Positions 51,958 through 64,000 of a DNA stretch of 64,000 nucleotides are shown here, one piece after another. The stretch comes from Octopus sinensis (taxonomy: Eukaryota), in NCBI RefSeq assembly GCF_006345805.1, contig NC_043004.1, positions 74,462,001 to 74,526,000 on the forward strand, written 5' to 3'. Below the pieces are notes generated by a model. It saw only the letters and a list, made by a program, of their open reading frames with translations. It made no database searches and had not been told where the DNA came from. The stretch's first letter is position 1, and every line of letters begins with the position of its first letter. The position numbers were made by a program, and so were the translations under genes.

Positions 51958-52690
51958 CTTCAAGAGCTGCACTTAATGTTGCGTGTGTCCGTGTTTCTGG
52001 GTCGCAATTTTTGAACCATTCGTTAAAAGCATCAGGTAGACTTGTTTTACAGCGTCAATAGATCATCATCAATTTCAGTTCAGTTGTATCAACTCCTAAA
52101 AAAATAGCTGCGAAATACGCAACAATAAGAAATAAATGCAACAACTTACAATATTAACAATAATAGAAAAGATGTGTGTTGTTATAAACATAACAAAGAA
52201 ACTATTTGAAGAGAGAAATATAAAAAATATAGCTAAGAAACAAGAAAACTATAAGACATATCTTTATAAATCCGAGTAAAATTACATAATGGATTTCAAA
52301 AAAACAAAGAAAAAATGAAATAAAATTTATGTTCCTGAAACAAAAAAGTGAAACAGAATGTATACTCATACGTGTGTGTATTGTGTCGATGTATATATAA
52401 TAAAAAAACAGTCTATATATTTATACTGGCGACAAGTGCGAGTGTCATATAGATTATACATTGATTCGTATATGGCTTCCTTTATTGAATTCTAATTTAG
52501 AAAGATTGAAATCAATTCACTATTCACGAGTGAGGTCATATTCTTATGTATATGTACATATAAACACATTAAACAAGAAAGAATGTCTTTATGTATGTCA
52601 TGCGTGTGTTTATATGTGTGTGCGTGTGTTATATTAGTTCTCAACAAGACATATTGGTACAAGGTTATCAAGGTAACAATGTCTTTATTA

Positions 52691-52727
<37 letters not shown>

Positions 52728-52816
52728 TTATTATTACGTTCTGAGTTCAAATTCCGCCGAGGGTTCCTACCGGGGACGATTAAATAAGTACCAGTACGCG
52801 CTGGGGTCGATGTAAT

Positions 52817-52908
52817 CGAATTCTGGTTTGCACGCACAACGGTAGGAACTAGGAAATTCTGACATATGGCACCATAACGACAAGGATTCCTTAAAACACT
52901 CGTGATGT
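52817..52908 (-). pseudogene. Isolated, frameshifted calcium-binding EGF exon truncated by a SINE
   Basis: TTTTTCAG acceptor; repairing three 1-bp indels gives DI(N)ECLRNPCRYGAICQNFPSSYRCACKPEF. Confidence 0.65.
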
Positions 52909-52989
52909 CTGAAAAATGAAGCAGAAATTTTATTATTTTCAAAATTATTTGAAGCAAGAAAGAGTTTCAATGAAATTGAGCCCTATAAA

Positions 52990-53467
52990 TCTACCCCTAA
53001 CCCCTAACCCGAACCTTCTGTAACACTGAACCCCCCGAGGACCCACTTCTGTGACCACCCGAGACCCCATCTGTGACCCCACTTCTAGAACTAACCCAAA
53101 CCCCTGACCATGTGAGCCCCTCATCCCTGTGACAAGCGAGACCCCTTCCTGTGCCCAACCAATTCCGGAGACCCACCAATTCCCGAGACCCCACCAATTC
53201 CCGAGACTAACTCTAACCCTAACCCGAACCCCTTCTGTAACCCTGAACCCCCGAGACCACTTTTGTGACCACCCGAGACCCCATCTGTGACCCAACTTCC
53301 AGAGACTAACCCAAACCCCTGACCATGTGAGCCCCTCATCCCTGTAACAAACGAGACCCCTTCCTGTGCCCACCCAATTCCGGAGACCCCACCAATTACG
53401 GAGACCCCACCAATTCCCGAGACCCCACCAATTCCCGAGACCCCACCAATTCCCGAGACCCCACCAA
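52990..53467. repeat. C-rich satellite: two ~220-bp units plus 18-bp GAGACCCCACCAATTCCC repeats
   Basis: Direct duplication visible; units begin with CCCTAAC-like motifs. Confidence 0.8.
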
Positions 53468-54150
53468 CGCAGCTACTGCATCATTTTGATGACATTTTGA
53501 GAGCCTTGGGAGATGGTCCCAACACTGATGTCATCTACCTTGATTTCAGCAAGGCCTTTGACAGGGTTGATCATAAGATCCTTTTGAGAAAACTGTCCAA
53601 TATTGGTGTCACTGGAAAGCTGCTGCAGTGGATCAAAGGCTTCCTGTCTAACAGAACCCAACATGTTGTAGTCGAAGGAGTCAAATCCAGCCCAGCCAAA
53701 GTCAGCAGTGGTGTCCCACAAGGCACTGTGTTGGGCCCACTTCTCTTCATCATCTACATAAATGATATTACTGACACCATCAAACACAGTAACATCAGAA
53801 CCTTCGCTGATGATTCCAAGCTCCAGAAGGTCATCAATGGCGTGGATGACCGGTTAAACCTTTAGTCAGACCTACTGGGCGGAAAAGAACATGTTGCTAA
53901 ACGAAGACAAATTCGATCTGATCCACTTTGGAAGGGAGGACGCTCTGAAACTCCCATACTGCCTTCCTTCTGGAGAAATTCTCATGGCGTCTAACAACAT
54001 CAGAGACTTGGGAGTAACTGTGGACAACAACATAAGCTGGGCTACACATATAAGCAGCAAAGTTGACATGGCACGCAGAATGTGTTCCTGGATTCTTAGA
54101 ACCTTCCAGTCGAGAGATTCCCACACCATTATCCTTCTCTTCTCCACAGC
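53468..54150 (+). mobile_element. CR1/L2 LINE RT fragment
   Basis: YLDFSKAFDRVDH, SGVPQGTVLGPLLFIIYIND, FADD, RDLGV. Confidence 0.93.
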
Positions 54151-54189
54151 ATGTATTTATGTATATATATAAATATATATATATATATA

Positions 54190-54678
54190 ATGTTCGTCCT
54201 TCGGTTCGAAGATGACCAACTGACATCATCTGATGGAACTGCCGCCATGAGACCGGAGGTGGCTGGTGAGGCCAATCCGGGCAAGGAAGCCCTCCCACAG
54301 GTGGGGCAGAAGTGGGTAGGGGCAGTGCTACTGGTGCAGGCGGCTCTGACTTTACGCATCTGACGTTTCTGCTCCGCTGACCGAATCCGTCCCTCCTCGG
54401 CTGTCCCTGCTCCCACGGTGATTGCGCTGCGCCAGGATGAGCGGTTGGCAGCAAGTGTCTCCCAGGTCTCTGTTCCGATGGAGAAGTCTTTGAGAGAGAC
54501 CTTGGACTATCCTTGTAGCGCTTTTTCTGCCCTCCGACTTGCGCCTGCCCTGGCCGAGTTCACCGTAGAAGAGCTGTTTTGGGATGCGAGTGTCGACATG
54601 CGGGAGACGTGGCCCGCCCATCTCAGCTGGGTCTTGCGCATGATTGTGATGGTGCTAGGGAGATCTGCCTGCTTCAGA
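54190..54678 (-). mobile_element. RTE LINE 3' fragment with C-terminal zinc finger
   Basis: LRWAGHV.., RIPKQLFYGEL, THFCPTCGR; flanked by (TA)n. Confidence 0.85.
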
Positions 54679-55323
54679 TATATATATATATATTTATATA
54701 CATAAATACATGCTGTGTGTTTTCATTTCTGTGCGTGAGAGTGTGTAACTATGTGTTTTCAGTTCTGTTTGTATATATGTATACGTTAATATATTTGCTC
54801 GACTAAAGGCGGTGCTCCAGCATGGCTGCAGTTAAATAACTGAAAGAAGGCAACAGAGTGACAAAGTGTATATTACCATAACTAAATATTTAAAGGAGAT
54901 AACTACAAAATATCTTCTATAATTACATCCCTTGCACATTATAATTTAATAAGAATAATACAATAAATATGCAAGGGAGCTAACTCTTGAACATATTTTG
55001 TAGTTATGTTTTAAGTATGTAGTTAACGGGAGATAACTGCAAAATACATTCTAGACTTATTTCCCTTGGATCTGATTATATTAGTACTATTATTCAATTA
55101 TAATATGCAAGGGATGTAACTCAACAAGATATTTGTAGTATAATGATGGCTTGACTGTGCCTATGCTGGAGCACCGCCGTTTGTCGAGCAAATCGACAAC
55201 AGGACTTATTCTATGTAAATCTAGTATTATACCATTGGTCCCCTTTGCCGAACCGCTAATTTACGGTAATGTAAACATACCAGCATCAGTTGTCAAGCGG
55301 TTTGGAGGACACAGAATCATACA

Positions 55324-55380
<57 letters not shown>

Positions 55381-56098
55381 GTATATATATTCATATATAC
55401 GACGAGCTTCTTTCCATTTCCGTGTACCAAATCCACTCACAAAGCTTTTGTCTGTCCGATGCAATAGTAGAAGACTTGCCCATGGTGCCACGGACTGGGA
55501 CTGAACCAGAAACTATGTGGTTGGTAAGCAAGATACTTACCAGACAGCCACTACTACGCCTATATATTTACATATACATATATACGACAGTAAGCAAGCT
55601 ACTACTCATACACACACTCCTGTTTGTTACTCTGACAACAAGTTGAAGGTGAGCTCTGATTGGTTGTATGCAAATGAATTCATGAATGGGGTCCGGAACT
55701 CTCGTTGGAGAAAAAACTTTCACGATTGGGTCATATGAGACGATGCGACCACCTTGAGTATAGGTGGACTGTGTTCACACATGCACATACACCTACACGT
55801 CCACACATAGATACATGCAAAGACGCACACTCGTAGCTATTTATGCTTTAAATATTTCTACCTTAAAACCGTGACATTCTAAAGAAATTGTATGAGTGTG
55901 TGGGTCAGCCAATATGTGTGTTGTGTATGCGTGTGTGTGTGTGTGTGTGTGCGTGTGTGTTTGTGCTTTCATTTCTGTGTCTGTTTGCGCGCGCGCTCAT
56001 GTGTGAGAGTTTCCAGTTCATTGCTTGTGTGTATGAGTGTGTAACTGTGTTTTCATTTCTGTATGTGTGTGAGAGCATGTGTTTTTGTGCGTGTGTGA

Positions 56099-56161
<63 letters not shown>

Positions 56162-56459
56162 TATTTTCATTTCAGTTTTTGTGTGTGTGATTCTTATTAT
56201 TTTCGTATAAGCGTGTGTGAGCGACTGTGTGTTTTTATTTGTTTGTGTGTGTGCAACAATTGCTTCTACAACAAACACACCTTTCCATATCACTAAATCA
56301 ACAGGAATTCAATTTATTGCATATTTAGCAACTTCAGATATTGCACATATTTTTCTCACATGGAGACAATTTCAAAAGTTGATAAAACAAATTCTCATAC
56401 TGGGGTGAAGGCTGCTGACATTCTAACTGGGGGTGGTAAACAACCAATGCCCCCCTTAT

Positions 56460-56672
56460 CTACGTACCTGGACCGGTCACAATTGGTCTTATTCTGAGAT
56501 CTCTCTGGTGTGGAATATTTATGACTATAGAAGTTGACTTGTTGCAGGCTTCGTTTAAGGCCTCACTTTTGCGGATTTGGGGAAGTCCACAGAAGTTACT
56601 GGCCTTGCAGTCAAATCTACTCAAGTAATATCTCTCCTTTTTTGTCAAATCTTGTTGGAAATAGTGGATACT
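56460..56672 (-). mobile_element. Penelope-like RT fragment
   Basis: [30 protein letters not shown] matches the PLE YGLPKIHK..LRPIV motif. Confidence 0.75.
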
Positions 56673-56731
56673 TACCACACACACACATGGGTATGTATGT
56701 GTATATATATATATATATATACACATGGGTA

Positions 56732-56797
<66 letters not shown>

Positions 56798-56798
<1 letters not shown>

Positions 56799-57186
56799 TA
56801 GCAGTATCACCCGGTGTTGCTTGGCTTTGTTTCGACCCTTTAGAATTGGAATTTTTGAAAAGTAAAAATTTTGCATTATGCAACTTGTTATTCTCTTCAT
56901 GTGGAACATTTTTCCAGTTGAAATACACCGAAAAATGGTGACACAGCAGTCAAAAATCGTAAAAAATAGGGATTTTCATAGAAAAAAAAGCACCTTTTTT
57001 ATGTAAATAATTTTTTGTGTTAACATGGTCCGATTTGAATTTTATCTTCTACAGAATGAGAGCAAGCCTTCTTCTATCATACTCTCAATTTTGGTCAACT
57101 TGCGCTGCAGGGTCTCGAAAGAGATAGTGTTATTTGAAGGCTACCAAACCTGCCACACACAGACAACTTCAGCTTATATAAATAGA
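56798..57186 (-). mobile_element. Non-autonomous Helitron; extra 5' ends at 57279 and 57874
   Basis: On -: TCTATTTATATAAG..GCAACACCGGGTGATACTGCTAG; the ends are related to the element at 50190. Confidence 0.8.
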
Positions 57187-57985
57187 TTTGCTACACACTA
57201 CTTTCCATCCTTAATAATGAAACTTGGTAGATCCAAAAGTTAAACACACAGACACACAAGTTGAGTTTATATATATAGATTTCTCAACGGGGATGTCAGG
57301 GGAGAGTTTCAGGGAGTCATGGCGATGTATCGTGATGATCAAAAATCCGGCCTACTAAAATTTGGTTAAAGTGATTCAAACTGTAGACAAAATGGTCACA
57401 TTTGATTCAAAGCGTTAAAAATGTTATGAAAACAATTGGTATGTGTTCACAAAGTCCAAATAATTAATAGGAAAAACCCCTCCAGGCTACATCCCGAAAA
57501 TTCGTTTCTTTGCCGAATTTCTACAATGTTTACGGTGATTCGTTTTTATATCTCGATTTTTTATTTTTCATGCAATTTACGCATGCTTGCACGCGTGGTG
57601 AACACAGTTCACGTCAAACAGCTGACTGGGTAAAGTTCACTATTCAATGCATGGGATAAGGACTAAACAAACACATTATCGATTTTTGCACTTGCGAGAT
57701 GAATTTCAGAACAGAAATAGTGCAGTTCAATTTTCATTCGCCTAAACTTTAAGTGACCCAATTTTGGTGGTTCTACTATTTTTTGGCTAGGAGGATATGT
57801 TCCAGGAAGTTAAACACACAGACACATACACAGATACACACACAGCCACACAAGTTGAGTTTTATATATATAGATATATATATAGTTAATCCAAACATGA
57901 AAACACAAAGAGAAAACACAACAATGCGACGACATGGAACAAGTATAGTATTATTGGACGCTCAGGAAAGCAGGAAAGAAGGAGG

Positions 57986-58020
57986 GATTAACGTTTCGAG
58001 CGGAGCTCTTCATCAGAAAC
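57986..58020 (-). ncRNA. Minimal type I hammerhead motif
   Basis: GTTT-CTGATGA-aGAGCtccGCTC-GAAACGTT-AATC, with palindromic ACGT stem III. Confidence 0.68.
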
Positions 58021-58092
58021 ATAGGAAAAAGAAAGATCCAAAGAAGGGAAGACAGAGGGAAAAAATCGCCAACGGTACACACTAGGTCACAT

Positions 58093-58157
<65 letters not shown>

Positions 58158-58199
58158 TGCCCCCTCGTTATCGAATATGGCCATTGCACGAAGATTAAC

Positions 58200-61020
58200 T
58201 GTTATTGGTGCAGAGATTGACCAGTTTGACATCATCGGCAAATAGAAGGGTGTGTTGCGTGAGGTCGTCGGGCAAGTCATTTATGAAGACTAAGAACAAT
58301 AAGGGCCCAAGCAATGAACCTTGAGGCACGCCACTGCTCGCACTGGAGACGTCCGTCAGCGAACCATTAACTTGGACTCGGAAGGAGCGATCTGAGAGGA
58401 AGGCACCAACCCATCATACAATATCCGGATGGAAACTATATGCTTGAAGCTTGACAAGTAATAGGCAGTGGTTTACCGAGTCAAAAGCTTTGGCAAAGTC
58501 GAATAAAACGATGTCAACAGCGTCACCATCATCGAGGATACGCGTAACCAATTCTTCCATTACCAGTAAGTTGGTCAAGCATGATCTCTTCGGCATGAAG
58601 CCGTGTTGGGAATCAGAGATAGAGGCTGTGTTTTGGAGGTGGAGCAACATACTTTTCTTAAGGATGGTTTCGAACATCTTGCTGATTATTGAAGTAAGGG
58701 AAACCGGTCGGTAGTTAAGCGGGTCTTCGCGGCTCCCTTTCTTGAAAATTGGGCAGATTATCGCTGTTCTCCAGTCCGCAGGTATAACACCCGTCGCCAA
58801 TGACATATTGAATAGACGTGTTAAGGGCTCGCAAATGACCGGAGCCAACACTTTGATAACCCGTGGGTGTATGCCGTCAGGGCCATGATCCTTGTTGACA
58901 TCGAGGCCTTGAATAACACGTTTGACTTCGTCCCGCGTGATGACCAATCGAAGCATTGGAGGTACCGATCTATCAAATGGAGGGGGTTCACGACCATCAT
59001 CTTGTTTGAAAATAGTTGAAAAAGCCTCGGCAAGTAATTGACTCTGTTGATAAGAGTCCTCAATCGATACGCCTGCCTGTTGAGTCTACCAACGTTGCAA
59101 TCTGTTTGTTCAAGCGGGAATTCCGTTGGACATGGGCAAAGAAGGTTTTGGGATTGCGATTGGCGTTTGCCGCGATTCTGTATTCATATCTGAAGCGTTC
59201 TTCCTTTTCAATTTTCACGGCTCGGTCTCGTTGAGTTTTGTACACCTCAAAAGCTGCAGTCGAATCTAGATTTTTTAATTCAGCCCAAGCTGAAGTTCTC
59301 GTTTAACCTTCTTCGTCACCCAGGGCTTGTGTTTCTTCCTCTTGGGAAGCCCAACGGGAACTGCCTGGTCAGTCAACCAGATTACATATGCTTTGAGGGA
59401 CGACCATAGTTCGTCAACTGAGGACATCGTCATCAGGGATCGCCAGTCCAGAAGCGCGGAAGCCTCGGTTAGAATTTCAAGATTGATTGCAGAGAAGACT
59501 CTACGTGGCAGCAAAGTAGTCGTGGGCGTAGAAAAAGTTGTGTGCATGTCGAACTTCAGGACCGCGTGATCACTCTTGGCAAGAGGGGCGCACACAGATA
59601 AGCCTGACACTGATCTTGGATAGCGGGAGAATACCAGATCCAGCATAGATGGCTGCTGCCCAGACCGATGCCTTGTCAGATATTCAACATGTTGCGATAG
59701 AAAAAAATCTTCAGCCACATCAAGAAGGGCCTGGCCGAACCGGGAAGATGATGTACAAATTGATGCGTTGAAGTCTCCTAATATCAAACAGCATGAGAAG
59801 CTGAAACGAATCTTATCACTTCGAGTAAATGAGCATCGTCCTGGGGGTCGGCAAGAGGCGGCCTGTAGACAGCTAACACGGGCAGGCAAAACCTGGATAG
59901 GCTCAGCTTGCAATAGACGGCATCGAATTTTGTTGTAGGTTGAGCATTAGTGGGTAGAATACCGCTGGACGGTTTGAGATCAGATTTAACATACTCAGCA
60001 ACACCTCCACCTCGCCTTTTTTCTCTGTCACATCTGAAGATGGCGTAGCCCTGTAGGTGGATTCCTGAGTCCTTTACTGCTGGAGTCAGCCAAGTCTCAG
60101 TGATAGCTATCACATCTGGGGAATCACGCCAGTGTAAATAACTCGCTGAACTTTGGAAATAAGGAGCACGAGTTGGTATAGACGATGCTGAGCTGTGAAG
60201 TTTGAGGGGCGGGAATTATGGAACAAGCAGAATAAGGAGTGTCAGAGGTAGCATCGTTGTCGGGAGTATCTACTTTACTTCGATTCGCCCTCGATTCACT
60301 TTTCCTGTCAGCACTACAGCATGCGACCAGAGGTAGGACTTGATTATTTGTCCATCTTGGATGCGTAAACCCTTCTCTCCCATCTGTTTTCTCATCTTCA
60401 GTTCGGATATTAGGTTTCTCCGGCGAATTCTCTCTCTCAGTGATTATTCCTCGCGAAAACACATATTGGGGTCCTCCCAGGCATGCGTCTGAGCTCTGTT
60501 CAGAAAGGTTGAAGCCTCCTGATCGGAAGAAAAGATTACCCTTATTGGGCGTGGTCTAGTGTCTGAGGTTGAGTTCGCTTGGAATCTTCCTAGCCGAGCG
60601 ACCTTATGGATACTGACATTTTCGTTGACAGAGAACAATTCTCCAACTAAAACGGAAACAAAATGTATGTCTTCTTTTAGGCAGTTTATGCTGTATCACA
60701 GGTGGATTCAGCTTTACCATAAATGATTGCTGATCTTGAGTGGGCAAAATGGTCTTTCTGTTCACTACTGTGAACTGCGGCATTCGATTCTTCATCGGAT
60801 AATTTAGAAAGGGTGGTTTCATAGCCATCAAACTTATGTAGGCCTTTGGGGTCGATCGGAATGGGTTTAGTGGTCATAACTTTCCCGTCTGGTTTGGAAC
60901 TGCACTGCCTCTTCTTCGTTTTGGAGGTGCACCACCCCCAGATGAACTCACATTAAGATCATTCAGAATTGGTTGAGCAATGGCATTGATGGGGAGGATA
61001 AACGAGGGAGAATCCAAACA
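58200..61020 (-). mobile_element. CR1/L2-type LINE with ORF1 remnant + APE + RT, 3' truncated after FADD
   Basis: ORF1 RLGR..RPRPIRVIF; APE IAITETWL, RGGGV, VYRPP, GDFN, SDH; RT GPDGIHPR, NYRPVSLTS, QHGF, DFAKAFDSV, GVPQGS, FADD. Confidence 0.93.
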
Positions 61021-61125
61021 GATTTTATATATACAGACACGCATACACACAAACACACATATACAAATATGTATACAAACTTATATATACAAACATATAT
61101 ATATATATACAACCATACATATACA

Positions 61126-61189
<64 letters not shown>

Positions 61190-61403
61190 CAAGATAAAAA
61201 ATGGAGAAATACATCAAAATCAAATATCAATTAAACCACCACATAAGAGACTGTAGGGTTAAATATAAAAAGCAGAACAAATCAGTGTACATAAAGGGAT
61301 GTACATAAAAAAGTGTACATAAAAGAGTAATGTTGTATAATAATTAGAATATATATAAAAAAGAATATAAATACAAGTAAGTATAAATATAAGTATAAAT
61401 TAG

Positions 61404-61530
61404 ATCTTACAGCTGTTTTGGCCATGTCGATAATTATGTCTCATTTTACCAATATTAGCCCTTTATGGTTGGTCAATATATAGATATAAATGAGACATTA
61501 ACAAAAATATCACAAGGCCTCTTCAGAGAT
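61404..61530 (-). ncRNA. Type I hammerhead motif with very long stem II (G12A)
   Basis: ATCT-CTGAAGA-GGCC(..ATGTCTCATTT/AAATGAGACAT..)GGCC-AAA-ACAGCTGT-A-AGAT. Confidence 0.6.
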
Positions 61531-62419
61531 TATGTAATATAACACAGTCTACACATATACCCACATGGGTGTGGGTGCGTACCCACAATACAACATATAT
61601 ATATACATATGAGTGCATATAATCACACTCCTATACATATAAAAAAATATACATTTACATAATGATATAAATAAATAATATAAATTAGTAAACATATATA
61701 TGTGTTCCACGCCCAATGTCTCAGGTTTTCGACTTAATATTGTGATAATAAACATACACAAATTAATACCTAGATGTAAATATACATAGTCAATAGTACA
61801 TTATATTACTTCATAATAGTTTCCAAAGTGTCATTAAAGTTAGTATCATTATCGTTGTCAATACAATTAATGTTATCATTGTTATCATTCATAATATTAT
61901 TAATAACTCTTACATTATGATCCAGAGCAGAATATATGTATGTCCGTGTTCCAGTTAATAATTTTCCTTATGGCATAAATATACTAGTGGATTTGAATTT
62001 AAAATTATCATTATCTTCCTCACGGTTGGTCAATTGAGAACCGCCCGACCTCCACCACACCGTACAAGCAAAACATACACATCCACATCTAACCCTAAAC
62101 CCATACATCCACACAGAGACTCACACACACATGTACACACACAATAAATTGGAGAGTGCATGTCAGTACAGGCAGCAGTGTCTAACACTAACACACAAAC
62201 TCACACGCACATCCGCATATACGCATACATATTAATACACTTTCCTATACTGTGTCAGGGAACTTTCGCACACACATATATATATATTTTTAAATATATA
62301 TCTGCTCACTCATACGTACAAATAAAAAATGTCTGACCTGTAAAAATGTCTGACCAGATTTTTGACTAAGAAGCCTGCAGTCGTTAATATTAAGTCAAGT
62401 GTGACAGTAGTTTCAACAT

Positions 62420-62481
<62 letters not shown>

Positions 62482-62879
62482 CACACATACACATACACAC
62501 AACACGCTAACACAGATAAACACACAGGTGACTCAGATCAACAATTACTGCTATATCGTGTCCACCCAAAGGTGGTGAGCTGGTAGAAACGTTAGCGCGC
62601 CGGGCGAAATGCGTAGCCGTATTCCTCCGCCGCTAAGTACTGAGTTCAAATTCCGCCGAGGTCGACGTTGCCTTTCATCCTTTCGGGATCGATAAATTAA
62701 GTACCAGTTACGCACTGGGGTCGATGTAATCGACTTAATCCGTTTGTCTGCCCTTGTTTGTCCCCTCTATGTTTAGCCCATTGTGGGTAATAAAGAAACA
62801 GATATGAGTGGGAATGAACACGAAACCATGTGGTTAGTAAACAAAATAATTACCACACAGCCACTCCTGCGCCTATATA

Positions 62880-64000
62880 TAGTGCTTTGAAGGGTGCCTT
62901 AGCAAAGTCAAGTCCTTCCTTCGGAGGTACAACTCCGGAAACATACTAGTGATGGGTGATTTTAACCTCCCTCGTGTGAACTGGCCCACAAATACTCTGA
63001 AGCTAGGCAAGTGCTCTACATCAGATAGAGCAGCAGCAGAACTGCTCTTTAATCTGATGGATGAATACTTCCTGACTCAGATAGTGCTCGAACCAACGAG
63101 ACAGAATAAAAAGATCTTGGATCTGGTATTGACCAATCACTCTAGCTTCGTTCACAGCATTTCAGTTGAAAAAACTCTCCTCTCAGACCACGACATGGTA
63201 CTCTGCAATTTTAATTACTGACATATAAAAACCAAACCAGCCAATCTCACTCCATGGCACTCATTTGACAACATAAACTTCCACAAAGCGGACTGGGGAG
63301 AAATCAGAAAGGATCTGTCTTCCATCGACTGGTCTTTTATTCTCAATTCCTCTCATATTGAGACCGCATGGCAGCACTTTGAAAACATTGTCACCTATAC
63401 ATGCTCTAAACACGCTCCCACGAAATCTACTAACACAAACAGAAACCGGCTCCCTAAAAAGAAAAAAAAAACACTCATCAGGCGCATCAAATGACTCTAC
63501 AAAAATATCAACCAATTAAAATATTCCCACACACAACATCCACATTCAACAACAATGAAAAGGCTAGAGCTGGAAAAACTTCATCTGCAGACCGACATGA
63601 AAACCTCCATTGAAAATCAAAGAGCTGTGGAGGAACAGTGGGTAATTAAAAACATCAAACAGAACCCAAAAGTGTTCTATTCTTACGCAAATAAGCATAG
63701 AACCACTGTCTCACCCATTGGGCCATTGATTGATGATAACGGCATTCCCCAACACGATGCTAAAGAAATGGCAGAAATACTGCAGAAACAATACTGCTCT
63801 GTCTTCAGTGTTTCCACTGATATTGACGTAAGAGAAGCGAACGAAGTTGACTCCCAACATAAAATCTCAGACATAAGCTTCACTGCCACTGACATCATAG
63901 CAGCAATAAATGAGGTCAAATACTACTCTGCTGTAGGCCCTGATAGATTCCCCGCTAGTCTCCTGAAGGAATGTAGACACCAACTTGCAGTCCCTCTGAC
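62880..64000 (+). mobile_element. CR1/L2 LINE ORF2 fragment (APE C-term and linker), continues off the window
   Basis: MGDFNLP, EPTR, LDLVLTN, SDH, NPKVFYSY, GPD. Confidence 0.9.

Overview
Eukaryotic, AT-rich, microsatellite-laden DNA. The SINE families and repeat landscape suggest a coleoid cephalopod, probably Octopus (inference). There are two convergent host genes. On +, the last three coding exons of a MANSC1/C11orf24-like mucin-type membrane protein lie at 7229-11197. On -, the 14 C-terminal exons of an LRP2/megalin orthologue lie at 43367-18304, with three single-base frameshifts that look like assembly indels. A 100-N gap lies at 44267-44366. Beyond it the sequence is transposon-dense (RTE, CR1/L2, Penelope, Helitrons, telomere-like tracts) and I found no further megalin exons. 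The most notable unannotated signal is a set of about nine type I hammerhead-ribozyme motifs from several unrelated repeat families. Two families form head-to-head palindromes. One couples a tRNA-derived Pol III head to a minimal hammerhead and carries an R4/Dong retrotransposon fragment in its (AAT)n tract. All calls were read by eye; no searches were run.
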